Assembly: GCF_963921235.1 (NCBI RefSeq)
Contig: NC_086097.1
Coordinates: 186,001 to 250,000 of the forward strand
Source: Mobula hypostoma
Lineage: Eukaryota
Direction of reading: 5' to 3'
DNA: 64,000 nt
The translations under genes were made by a program, and so were the position numbers. Of this stretch, positions 35,121-47,692 are shown one piece after another (position 1 is the stretch's first letter; each line of letters starts with the position of its first letter). The notes under the pieces were generated by a model, which was not told the origin of the DNA, did not search any database, and saw only the letters and a list, made by a program, of their open reading frames with translations.

Positions 35121-38100
35121 TGCTTGGTGTCAGATGTGGGAGGCCCTGGAGTCTCCTGGCCTCCCGGACGGTCATATCTGCATCCGGTGTGTCGAGCTGA
35201 GCGCCTAAGGGACCACGCTAGGGAACTGGAGATCCAGCTCGATGACCTTCGTCTAGTCAGGGAGAGCGAGGAGGTGATAGAAATGAGTTATAGGCAGGTG
35301 GTCACACCGGGGCCAGGGGAGACAGACAAGTGGGTAACAGTCAGGAGAGGGAAGGGGAAGAGTCAGGTACTAGAGAGTACCCCTGTGGCTGTACACCTTG
35401 ACAATAAGTACTCCTGTTTCAGTACTGTTGGGGGGGACAGCCTACCTCTGGAAAATAACAGTGGCCATTCCTCTGGCACAGAGTCCGGCCCTGTGGCTCA
35501 AAGGGGTAGGGAAAGGAAGAGGAAGGCAGTAGTGATAGGGGACTCTCTAGTTAGGGGGGTCAGACAGGCGATTCTGTGGATGCAGGAAAGAAACTCGGAA
35601 TGTAGTTTGCCTCGCAGGTGCCAGGGTCCAGGATGTTTCAGATCGTGTCCAAGATATCCTGCAGTGGGAAGGAAAACAGCCAGAAGTCGTGGTACATATT
35701 GGTACCAATGACATAGGTAGGAAAAGGGAAGAGGTCCTGAAAACAGACTACAGGGAGTTAGGAAGGAAGTTGAGAAGCAGGACCGCAAAGGTCGTAATCT
35801 TGGGATTACTGCCTGTGCCATGCGACAGTGAATAGAGGAATAGATTGAGGTGGAGGATAAATGCGTGGCTGAGGGTTTGGAGCAGGGGCCGGGGATTCAC
35901 ATTTCTGGATCACTGGGACCTCTTTTGGGGCAGGTGTGACCTGTACAAAAAGGATGGGTTGCACTTGAATCCCAGGGGGACCAATATCCTGGTGGGGAGG
36001 TTTGCTAAGGTTACTGGGGAGAGTTTAAACTAGAATTGTTGGGCGGTGGGAACTGAACTGAAGAGACTGGGAAAGAGGTGGTTGGCTCACAAATAGAGAA
36101 AGCTTAGAGACCGTGTGTGAGGGAGGATAGGCAGGTGATAGAGAAGGGACGCACACAGATGGACGGTTTGAGATGTGTCTATTTTAACGCAAGGAGTATT
36201 GTGAACGAAACAGATGAGCTTAGAGTGTGGATCAGTACCTGGAGCTATAATGTGGTGGCCATTACAGAGACTTGGATGGATCAGGGACAGAAATGGTTAC
36301 TTCAAGTGTCGGGTTTTAGATGTTTCAGAAAGGACAGGGAGGAAGGCAAAAGAGGTGAGGGTATGGCACTGTTGATCAGAGATAGTGTCACGGCTGCAGG
36401 AAAGGTGGATGCCGTGGAGGGATTGTCTACGGAGTCTCTGTGGGTCGAGGTTAGGAAGAGCAAGGGGTCGATAACTTTACTGAGTGTTTTTATAGGCCGC
36501 CTAATAGTAACAGGGATATCGAGGAGCAGATAGGGAAACAGATCCTGGAAATAATAACAGAGTTGTCATGATGGGAGATTTTAATTTCCCAAATATCGAT
36601 TGGCATCTCCCTAGAGCAAGGGGTTTAGATGGGGAGGCGTTTGTTAGGTATGTTCAGGAAGGCTTCTTGACACAATATGCAGATAAGCCTGCAAGAGGAG
36701 AGACTGTACTTGATTTGGTATTGGGAAATGAACCTGGTCAGGTGTCAGATCTCTCGGTGGGAGAACATTTTGGAGATAATTCTACCTCCTTTACAATAGC
36801 ATTGGAGAGAGATAGGAACAGACAAGTTAGAAAAGTGTTTAATTGGAGTAAGGGGAATTATGAGGCTATCAGGCAGGAACTCAGAAGCTTATATTGAGAA
36901 CAGATGTTCTCAGATAAAAGTACGGAAGAAATGTGGCAAATGTTCAGGGGGTATTTGTATGGAGTTCTGCATAGGTATATTCCAATGAAACAGGGAAGTT
37001 ATTGTAGGGTACAGGAACTGTGGTGTACAAAGACTGTAATAAATCTAGTCAAGAAGAAAAGAAAAGCTTACAAAAGGTTCAGAGAGTTAGGTAATGTTAG
37101 AGATCTAGAAGATTATAAGGCTAACGGGAAGGAGCTTAAAGAAGGGGACATGAGAAGGCCTTGGCGGGCAGGATTAAGGAAAACCCCAAGGCATTCTACA
37201 AGTATGTGAACAGCAAAAGGACAAGACATGAAAGAATAGGACCTATCAAGTGTGACAATGGGAAAGTGTACATGGAATCGGAGGAAATAGCAGAGGTACT
37301 TAATGAATACTTTACTTCAGTATTCACTATGGAAAAGGATCTTGGTGATTGTAGTGATGACTTGCAGCGGACTGAAAAGCTTGAGCATGTAGATATTAAG
37401 AAAGAGAATGTGCTGGAGCTTTTGGAAAGCATCAAGTTGGATAAGTTGCCGGAACCAGATGAGATATACCCAAGGCTCCTGTGGGAGGCGAGGGAGGAGA
37501 TTGCTGAGCCTCTGGCGATGATCTTTGCATCATCAATCGGGATGGGAGAGGTTCCGGAGGATTGGAGGGTTGCCGATGTTGTTCCTTTATTCAAGAAAGG
37601 GAGTAGAGAGAGCCCAGGAAATTATAGACCAGTGAGTCTTACTTCAGTGGTTGGTGAGTTGATGAAGAAGATCCTGAGAGGCAGGATTTATAAGATTTGG
37701 AGGGATATAATATGATTAGGAATAGTCAGCATGGCTTTGTCAAGGGCAGGTTGTGCCTTACGAGCCTGATTGAATTTTTTGAGGATGTGACTGAACACAT
37801 TGATGAAGGAAGAGTAGTAGATGTAGTGTATATGGATTTCAGCGAGGCATTTGATAAGGTACCCCATACAAGGCTTATTGAGAAAGTAAGGAGGCATGGG
37901 ATCCAAGGGGACATTGCTTTGTGGATCCAGAACTGGCTTGCCCACAGAAGCGAAGAATAGTTGTAGATGGGTCATATTCTGTATGGAGGTTTGTGACCAG
38001 TGATATGCCTCAGGGATTTGTTCTGGGACCCTTACTCTTCATGATTTTTATAAATGATCTGGATGAGGAAGTGGAGGGATGGGTTAGTAAGTTTGCTGAT

Positions 38101-38993
38101 GACACAAAGGGTGGAGGTGTTGTGGATAGTGTGGAGGGCTATTAGAGGTTACAGTGGGACATTGATAGGATGTAAAACTTGGCTGAGAAGTGGCAGATGG
38201 AGTTCAATCCAGATGAGTGTGAGGTGGTTCATTTTGGCAGGTCAAAATGATGGCAGAATATAGTATTAATGGTAAGACTCTTGGCAGTGTGGAGGATCAG
38301 AGGGATCTTGGGGTCTGAGTGCATTGGACACTCAAAGCAGCTGCGCAGGTTGACTCTGTGGTTAAGAAGGCGTACGGTGTATTGGCCTTCACCAATTGTG
38401 GAATTGAATTTAGGAGCAGACAGGTAATGTTGCAGCTATATCGGACCCTGGTCAGACCCCACTTGTAGTACTGTGCTTAGTTCTGGTTGCCTCACTACAG
38501 GAAGGATGTGGAAACCATAGAATGGGTGCAGAGGAGATTTACAAGGATGTTGCCTGGATTGGGGAGCATGCCTTATGAAAACAGGTTGAGTGAACTCGGC
38601 CTTTTCTCCTTGGAGTGATGGAGGATGAGAGGTGACCTGATAGATGTGTATAAGATGATGAGAGGCATTGATCATGTGGATAGTCAGAGGCTTTTTCCCA
38701 GGGCTGAAATGGCTGCCTCAAGAGGGCACAGGTTTAAGGTGCTGGGGAGTAGGTTCACAGGAGATGTCAGGTGTAAGTTTTTTACGCAGAGGGTGGTAAG
38801 TGTGTGGAATGGGCTGCCAACAACAGTGGTGGAGGCGGATATGATTAGGTCTTTTAAGAGACTTTTGGATAGGTACATGGAGCTTAGAAAAGTAGAGGGC
38901 TATAGGTAAGCCTTGTAATTTCTGAGGTAGGGACATGTTTGGCACAACTTTGTGGGCCGAAGGGCCTGTATTGCGATGTAGGTTGCTCTGTAT
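35121..38993 (+). mobile_element. Near full-length CR1 family C, decayed
   Basis: ORF1 esterase (35124-36033), ORF2 from YFNARSI through RT to the 3'UTR gggccgaagggcctgt. Confidence 0.94.
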
Positions 38994-39967
38994 TGTGAGG
39001 GGATCCAGGAGTGCCCCTGTAAACTGTTTGAAGAGAGACAGAGAGAGACATTCATCATTGATGGTTTGTTTGGAAAGGAGAGAGAGAGAGACAAAGATTA
39101 ACGGTTGGACTGTCACTTTAAGGCATTGGAAGTAGCTTTGGATTTTTACTGAGTTTGGAGTTGGAGATAGCACCAAGCAGCTCTTAAGTTTCTATGGTGA
39201 CCGAAGGCGGTGTTATTTAATGGACACTCGATGTTGTGATTTACAGCAGGTTGTTGATGTTACTTTCAAGGACTTGTTGCCTGCTTGTGCACTTCTTTGC
39301 AGAAAAGGAAGGAGGGACTCTTTGAATGACAGGTGATGTTCAGCCTGGTGGGATAAATAGGAGGTCAGATGATACAGACCTCAGGCACATGATCTGCACA
39401 CTGAATGAGCATTGTTGTGCCTGCAGGGAAAGTGAGTTTTGGAGGATCAATCAGGCAGATTGATCCAAAAATTGCTATTCCAGCGAAGAAGAAGGGGTTG
39501 ACTGGTGGGGAGTTGTCTATGTGTCCACCCTTGCTGGGGTGATAGCTCCACCACAGGAAAACCGGTCCCCCTGGTTAAAGTCACAGTCGAGGATGATGAG
39601 GATGACGAGAAGATTGACGGCATCAGCTCACCTGAAGACTCAACTCTCTCTCTCTCTCTCTCTCTCTCTCGCTCTCCATTGCTATTCAACTAAATACCAT
39701 GAACTGAACTGAACTTTACTCAACATCATAAGACTGTATCTTTTTACCCCGAGACTGAAAGAAGCTTGGTTTTCATATATATATATATATATATTCCACA
39801 CTTACTTTTATATATATTAAATCATTGCCAACCTGTTTGATTTATCTACATTTATATTACTGTATTGCGTAGTTACTAATAAATATTAGTAGTTTATAGC
39901 AATACGAGACTCCAAAGTGGTTTCTATTTCTGCTGGTTTCTTAATCCCCGTCACGGGGTACGTGACA
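38994..39967 (+). mobile_element. Solo LTR
   Basis: TGTGA...TGACA termini; AATAAA at ~39878; 4-bp flanks GTAT/CTAT (one mismatch); homologous in its 3' half to 41568-42983. Confidence 0.75.
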
Positions 39968-41563
39968 CTATCAAATTTCATATTGTGATCACTGCCTCCA
40001 GAGAGTCCTTTTACCTTAATTTAATTACCTTAATTAAACTTCCGGTTCATTACCTAACACCCAATCCAGTATAGCTGATCCCCTAGTAGGCCCAACAACA
40101 AACTGCTCTAAAAAGCCATCTCATTGGCATTCAACAAACTCACTCTCTTGGGATCCATTTCCAACCCTATTTTCCCAATCAGCTTGCATGTTCACATCTA
40201 CAATGATTATCATAACATTGCCCATTTGACACACCTTTTCTATTTCCTCTTGTCATCCGTGGTCCATATCCCAGCTACTGTTGGGAGACCTGTATATTAC
40301 TGCCATCAGGGTCCTTTTACCATTGCAGTTTCTTAACTCAGTCCACAAAGATTCATCATCTTCCGATCCTATGTCACATCTTTCTACTGATTTGATGCCA
40401 TTCTTTACCAGCAGAGCCATGCCTCCCCCTCTGCCCACTTTCCTATCCCTTTAAACCTTCCCCAACCACTCTAAACAAACCTGCTCATGAGAATATTGCT
40501 TCCCCTTTTGGGTTCAGGTACAACCCGTCACTTATGATAGGTTATCCCTCCTCCAGAAGAGATCCCAGTGATCCAAGAACCTGCCCCCTGCACCAGCTTC
40601 TCAGCCACATATTAATTTGCCAAATCATCTTGTTTATACACTCACTGGTGCGTGGCACAGGCAGCAATCCAGAAATTACTACCTGGGAGGTCCTGCTTCT
40701 CAACTCTCTGAATTCTCTTTTCAGGGCCTCTTTGCTTTTCCTTCCTATGTCATTGGTACCAATATGTACCAAGACATCTGGCTGCTCTCCCTCCTCCAAA
40801 ATGTGAATGTGATCATGACATCCCTGACTCTGGCACCTGGGAGGCAATATACCATTCAGGTGTTTCATCTACAGAATCTCCTGTCCATTCCCCTGACTAT
40901 TGAGTCCCCTATCACTACCGCTGCCCTCTTTTTCCTCTTTTCCTTCTGCACCATGGACCCATGCTCAGTGCCAGTAACCCAAGCTCCATGATATTCCCCT
41001 GGGAGGTCATACCCCACAACGGTATCCAAAACCGTATATTTATTATCGAGGGGAATGGCCACGGGGTGCTCTGCACTATCTGCCTAATCACAGTTCCAGT
41101 CACCTCATTACTCACCTGCAACATCGGGGTGATTATTTGCCTCGAACTCTGATCGCTATCTCCTTACTCTCCTGTACAAGCTGTAGGCCATTCAGATGCT
41201 GTTCCAGATTCCTAACACGTTCTTCAAGGAGCTGTGGCTCTGTGTAATGTGCATATGGTTACATCTGGCATGAAGACCACACAGCCATTTACTGCACTAG
41301 GTATGGTAAGAGAGAACAAAAAGGGAACCTTAACAGAAGCTTATCCAGAGCCAACGCCTCTTCCGAGTCAAACTCTCCTTTGAGCCAAAACCTGACACTC
41401 CTACTCTCACCACTGGCCGTCCCGCTTGCCCCTTCTGTACTTCCAAACAAGTGTCATTGCCCTGTGAGAAATCTTGTCACTGTGGCCTGTTCCTGCCGCT
41501 GATTGGGCCATCGGAATAAGCCTGAACACCCGCGAAGCTCTCCTTATGAACAAGTGTTGCCTA
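39968..41563 (-). mobile_element. Fragmented CR1 APE and ORF1/5'UTR
   Basis: VHIGTNDIGR and GDSIVRG motifs; APE GGGMALLV. Confidence 0.85.
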
Positions 41564-41567
41564 CCTG

Positions 41568-42794
41568 TGTCATGTACCCCGTGACGGGTTAAAGAACCAG
41601 CAGAAATGGAAAACACTTTGGAGTCCAGCATTGCTATTAACTAATGGCATTTATTAGTAACTATGCAATACGGTAATATAAATGCAGATAAATCAAAGAG
41701 GTTAGAAATGATTATACATAAGTAATTGTGGAAATATATGAAAACCAAGCTTCTTCAAGTCTAGGGGTAAATAGATAATCTTACGATGATGGGTAAAGTT
41801 CAGTTCAGTTTGTGGTATTGACTTGAGTAGTGATGGAGAGAGAGAGAGGGAGAGATTTGAGTCTTCAGGTGAGCTGACGCCGTCGATCTTTCCATTGTCT
41901 CTGAAATCCTTTAGAAGTCACCGACTGTGACCACAACAAAGGGGACCGTTCTTTTGTGGTGGAATTATCAACCCAGGCAAGGAATGGACACACAAACAAC
42001 CTCCCACCGGTCACACACATCAAAGTTGCTGGTGAACGCAGCAGGTCACGCAGCATCTCTAGGAAGAGGTACAGTCGACGTTTCAGGCCGGGACCCTTCG
42101 TCAGGACTAACTGAAGGAAGAGCTGGTAAGAGATTTAAAAGTGGGAGGGGGAGGGGGAGATCCAAAATGATAGGAGAAGACAGGAGGGGGAGGGATGGAG
42201 CCAAGAGCTGGACAGGTGATTGGCAAAAGGGATATGAGAGGATCATGGGACAGGAGGCTCAGGGAGAAGGTAAAAGCCGGGGGGGAACCCAGAGGATGGG
42301 CAAGGGGTATAGTCAGAGGGACAGAGGGAGAAAAAGGAGAGAGGGAGAAAGAATGTGTGTATATAAATAAATAATGAATGGGGTATGAGGGGGAGGTGGG
42401 GCATTAGTGGAAGTTAGAGAAGTCAATGTTCATGCCATCAGATTGGAGGCTACCCAGACGGAATATAAGGTGTTGTTCCTCCAACCTGAGTGTTTCTCCC
42501 ACCGGTCACTCCCTTTTCACATTGCGAGAGCCATTGATCAATCCTCCAAAACCCACTTTTTCTGTGGGCACAACAAAGCTCATTCAGTGTCCAAAACCAT
42601 GTGTCTGTCCGTTTATCATCTGACCTTCTATTTATCTCACCATGCCGAATACTAGCTGTCACTCAAACAGCTCCTCCCTTCTCTGTCTGTAAGAATTTCC
42701 AAGCAGGCAGCGTCCTTGTAGAAATGTAAACATGCTGCAGAAAACCTATAACATCATCCAAAGCTATTTTTGTCTGTGTCTATCTGTGTCTGTC

Positions 42795-42853
<59 letters not shown>

Positions 42854-42910
42854 AACAAGAAGTCGGTGTTAAATAACTCTCTTTTTAACAAGATGTTTGT
42901 GTTGGGCATA

Positions 42911-42941
<31 letters not shown>

Positions 42942-42983
42942 TCAAAAGCACAGTTCATAGGGGTAATTCAGGACCCCGTCACA
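41568..42983 (-). mobile_element. Solo LTR (related family, opposite orientation), interrupted by a Penelope insertion
   Basis: TG...CA termini; perfect 4-bp TSD CCTG (41564-67, 42984-87); internal (CT)n tracts. Confidence 0.8.
42015..42495 (-). mobile_element. Penelope-like 3' fragment with intact hammerhead core
   Basis: 14-bp TSD CTCCCACCGGTCAC (42001-14, 42496-509); minus strand AGTC-CTGACGA-AGGGTCCCGGCCT-GAAAC-GTC-GACT at 42108-42073. Confidence 0.9.
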
Positions 42984-43029
42984 CCTGCAAGAAGCCTTGT
43001 TGCTGTGGCCTGCTGCTGATTGGGCTGTC

Positions 43030-46000
43030 TGAATTCTAATGAATACAGGCCCAGACCCATCATATACTCTTCATATGACAAGCCTGGAGTCACTTTCTTT
43101 TTAGCACATCTTTCCTTTGATAAGGCAGCTGTGGAAGCCACGTCTTTATGTTCCCAATACTACAAGTGAAGCCTCACCAGTGCTCTAGAAAGTTTCAACA
43201 TTACATCTTTGCCCTTGTTTTCTTGTCCTCTTGAAATGAATGCTAACATTGCTTTTGCCTTTCTCACCACAGACTCAACCTACAAATTAACCTTCAGGGA
43301 ATCCTGCACAAGGACTATTAAGTCCCATTTGTGCCTCAGTTTTTTGTATTTTCTCACAATTTAGAAAATAGTCAACCCTTTCATTTCTTCTACCAAAGTA
43401 CATGAAAATACACATCTTGACACTGTATTCCATCTGCCATTTCTTTGCCCACTCACAACACGCTGGAGGAACTCAGCAGGTCGGGCAGCATCCGTGGAAA
43501 AGATCAGTCGACGTTTTGGGCCGGAACCCTTTGTCAGGAAGGCCTGAAACGTCGACTGAGCTTTTCCACGGATGCTGCCTGACCTGCTGAGTTCCTCCAG
43601 CGTGTTGTGAGTGTTGCTTTGACCCCAACATCTGCAGATTATTTTGTGTTTATTTCTTTGCCCAACCTCTCAATCTGTCTTAAGTCCTTCTGTAGTCTCT
43701 CTACTTCCTAAAAACTACCTGCCCCTCCACCTGTCTTCATATCGTCTGTAAACTTTGCAACAAAACCATCAATTCTATCATCCAAATCATTCACATATAA
43801 TGTAACAATAATCAGTTCCAACAGAGACTTCCTGTGGAACATCACTAGTCATTGGCAGCCAGCCAGAAAAGGCTTCCTTTATTCCACTCTGCCTCTTGTC
43901 AATTAGTGACTGCTTTATCCATGCTAGAATCTTTCTTGTCATACCATGGGCTTGTAGATTGTTAAGCAGCCTCATGTGTGGCACCTTGTCAAAGGCCTTC
44001 TGAAAAATCAAATACCAACCTCAGCCATTTCTCCTTTGTCCATCCTGCTTGTTTTTTCTTCAGTGAATTCCAACAGATTTGTAGGCAAGATTTTCCCTTG
44101 AGAAAACCATGCTGGTCCATTTTATTTCATGATAGAAACATTGAAACAAAAACACAGCACAATGTAGGCCCTTCTGCCCACAATGCTGTGCCAAACATGT
44201 ACTTACTTTAGAGATTACCTAGGGTCACCCATAGCCCTCTATTTTTCTAATGTACCTATTCAGGAATCTCTTAAAAAACCCTATCGTATCCACCTCCACC
44301 ACCATCGCCGGCAGCCCATTCCACGCACTCACCACACTCTGTATAAAAAAAACTTAACTCTGACATCTCCTCTGTACCTACTTCCAAGTACTTAAAACCG
44401 TGCCCTCTTGTGATAGCCATTTCAGCCCTGGGGAAAAGCCTCTGACTATCCACACTATCAATGCCTCTCATAATCTTATACACCTCTATCAGGTCACCTC
44501 TCATCCTCTTCCCTCCAAGGAGAAAAGGCCAAGTTCACTCAACCTATTCTCGTAAGGCATGCTCCCCAGTCCAGGCAACATCCTTGTAAATCTCCTCTGC
44601 AACCCTTTCTATAGCTTCCACATCTTTCCCGTAGTGAGGTGACCAGAACTGAGCATAGTATTCTAAGTGTGATCTGACCAGGGTCCTATATAGCTGCAAC
44701 ATTACCTCTCAGCTCTTAAACTCAATCCCACGGTTGATGAAGGCCAATGCACCGTATGCCTTCTTAAGCAGAGTCAACCTGCGCAGCAGCTTTAAGTGTC
44801 CTATGGACTCAGACGCCAAGATCCCTCTGATGCTCTACACTGCCAAGAGTCTTACCATTAATATTCTGCCATCATATTTGACCTACCAAAATGAACCACC
44901 TCACACTTATCTGGGTTGAACTCCATCTGCCACTTCTCAGCCCAGTTTGCATCCTGTCAATGTCCCGTTGTAACCACTGACAGCCCTCCACACTATCCAC
45001 AACACCTCCAACCTTTGTGTCATCAGCAAATTTACTAACCCATCCTTCCACTTCCTCATCTAGGTCATTCCCGAAGAGAAGGGGTCCCAGAACAGAACCC
45101 TGAGGCACACCACCGACCTCCATGCAGAATATGACCTGTCTACAACTACTCTTTGCCTTCTGTGGGTAAACCATAAAGCAAGGTCCCCTTGAATTCCATG
45201 CCTCCTTATTTTCTTAATAAGCCTTGCATGGGGTACCATATCAAATGCCTTGTTGAAATCCATATACACTGTAGAGTGAGTTTTTGGGTAGATGATTCGT
45301 TTACACTTAAATGACTTTGTGCACCAGACTTCTATTTTAACAAAGTACTGTGGATTGAGTCCACAACAATGCACTTCCTAAAATGCTGTGAATAACAGAT
45401 GCTTCTGGTGCCGTAGTTTGACCAGATGTTGTAGTTTCGAAGACCGTATTATCTATACTTTATAAATATTAATTGTCTTCTATGTTAGCACGTAAAATGC
45501 CAAATAAATGTATTGTGGATTTAACTTGCATTCCTAAAGGCTGTGTCGGCGTCGGAAGGAAAGGATGAAGTCAGAAGGTATGATGTTTGTATGTAGCTTC
45601 AAAAGGAATCATTGTCCATGCATTGTCTATAACTTTTTAAGTAGCGATTGCCTTTGTGTTTAGCATTTAAATATCAATCCTCCACACTGTCAAGCGTCTT
45701 ACCATTTATATTATTTTCAAATTTGACCTACCAAAATGAACCACTTCACACTTTTCTGGGTTGAATTCCATCTGCCACTTCTCAGCCCAGTTCTGCATCC
45801 TATCGATGTTCCGCTGTAACCTGTGACAACCCTCCACACTATCCACAACACCCCAACTATTGTGTCATCAGTTAACTTACTAACCCATCCCTCCACTTCC
45901 TCATCCAGGTCATTTATAAAAATCAGAAAGAGGGCAGGTCCCAGAACAGATCCCTGTGGAACACCACTGGTCACCATTCATCAAGCAGAATACGAACCAT

Positions 46001-46417
46001 CTACATTCACCCTTTGCCTTCTGTGGACATGCTAATTCTGGATCGACAAAGCAAGGTCTCCTTGGATCCAATGCCTCCTTACTTTCTGAATGAGCCTTGT
46101 ATGGGGAAACTTATCAAATGCCTTGCTGAAATCCATATCCACTACCTTCATCAATGTGTTTTGTTACCTTCTCAAAGAATTCAATTAGGCTCATAAGGCA
46201 TGACCTACCCTTGACAAAGCCATGCTGACTATCCCTAATCAGATTATGTCTCTCCAAATGCTCATAAATCCTGCCTCTCAGGATCTTCTGCAACAACTTG
46301 CCCACCACTGAAGTAAGACTCACTGGTCTATAATTTTCTGGGTTATTTCTATTCCCTTTCTTGAATACGGGAACAACATATGCAACCCTTCAATCCTCTG
46401 GAACCTCTCCCGTCCTC
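43030..46417 (-). mobile_element. Cluster of CR1 fragments (43030-44125, 44131-45270, 45678-46417)
   Basis: RT motifs [29 protein letters not shown]. Confidence 0.87.
43452..43651. mobile_element. Palindromic Penelope-like insertion (second subfamily)
   Basis: ~65-bp near-perfect inverted arms; 13-bp TSD ATTTCTTTGCCCA (43439-51, 43652-64). Confidence 0.88.
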
Positions 46418-46799
46418 AAAACTTTCAATTTTGTCGAATTCACTTTCATCGAATTTTGTGTAAGGTGCAGAAGAGTGCAAGTCATTCAAAGCAGAAAGGC
46501 TTATTATCCTTAGAATAGTTTCAGGTTTACTTCCACTTAAACATTCAGTGTGCACATGTTGTTGGCACTGGGCAAAACAATGCACAGCATAAAATTTTTA
46601 CAAATTTGAGGGTACATTGGTGAGGGAGGGGGTGTGTCTGTGTCCCATCGATGAGTTCTCTCTGTACATAGAACAGTGCAGCACAGGAAAAGGCCCATAT
46701 TTATGCTGACCATGATATTCATTTAAACTACGATTATCTAGAGGCCTCAATTCTCTGCACTTTTGTGCAGCTATCTAAATTACTCTTAACCATTGCTAT

Positions 46800-47692
46800 C
46801 ATATAGGGGAGGAGGGGTGGCATTACTGGTCAGGGATATTATTACAGCTACAGAAAGGGTGGGTAATGTAGCAGGATCCTCTTTGGAGTCAGTATGGGTG
46901 GAAGTCAGGAACAGGAAGGGAGCAGTTACTCTATTGGGGGTATTCTATAGGCCCCCTGGTAGCAACAGAGATAGAGAGGACCAGATTGGGAGGCAGATTT
47001 TCAAAAGGTGCAAAAATAACAGGGTTGTTATCATGGGTGACTTTAACTTCCCTAATATTGATTGGCACCTAATTAGTTCCAAGGGTTTAGATGGGGCAGA
47101 GTTTGTTAAGTGTGTCCAGGACGGATTCCTGTCACAGTATGTTGACAGGCCGACTATGGGGAATGTCATACTAGATCTAGTACTAGGTAACGAACCGGGT
47201 TAGGTCACAGATCTCTCAGTGGGTAAGCATCTGGGGGACAGTGACCATCGCTCCCTGGCCTTTAGCATTATCATGGAAAAGGATAGAATCAGAGAGGACA
47301 GGAAAATTTTTAATTGGGGAAGGGCAAATTATGAGGCTATAAGGCTAGAACTTGCGGGTGTGAATTGGGATGATGTTTTTGTAGGGAAATGTACTATGGA
47401 CATGTGGTCGATGTTTAGGGATCTCTTGCAGGATGTTAGGGATAAATTTGTCCCAGTGAGGAAGATAAAGAATGGTAGGGTGAAGGGACCATGGGAAACA
47501 AGTGAGGTGGAAAATGTAGTCAGGTGGAAGAAGGCAGCATACATGAAGTTTAGGAAGCAGGGATCAGATGGGTCTATTGAGGAATATAGGGACGCAAGAA
47601 AAGAGCTTAAGAAGGGGCTGAGAAGAGCAAGAAGGGGGCATGAGAAGGCCTTGGTGAGTAGGGTAAAGGAAAATCCCAAGGCAGTCTTCAAT
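46800..47692 (+). mobile_element. CR1 family D APE fragment
   Basis: GGGVALLV, GDFNFP, SDHRSL; near-identical to 55640-56520. Confidence 0.92.
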
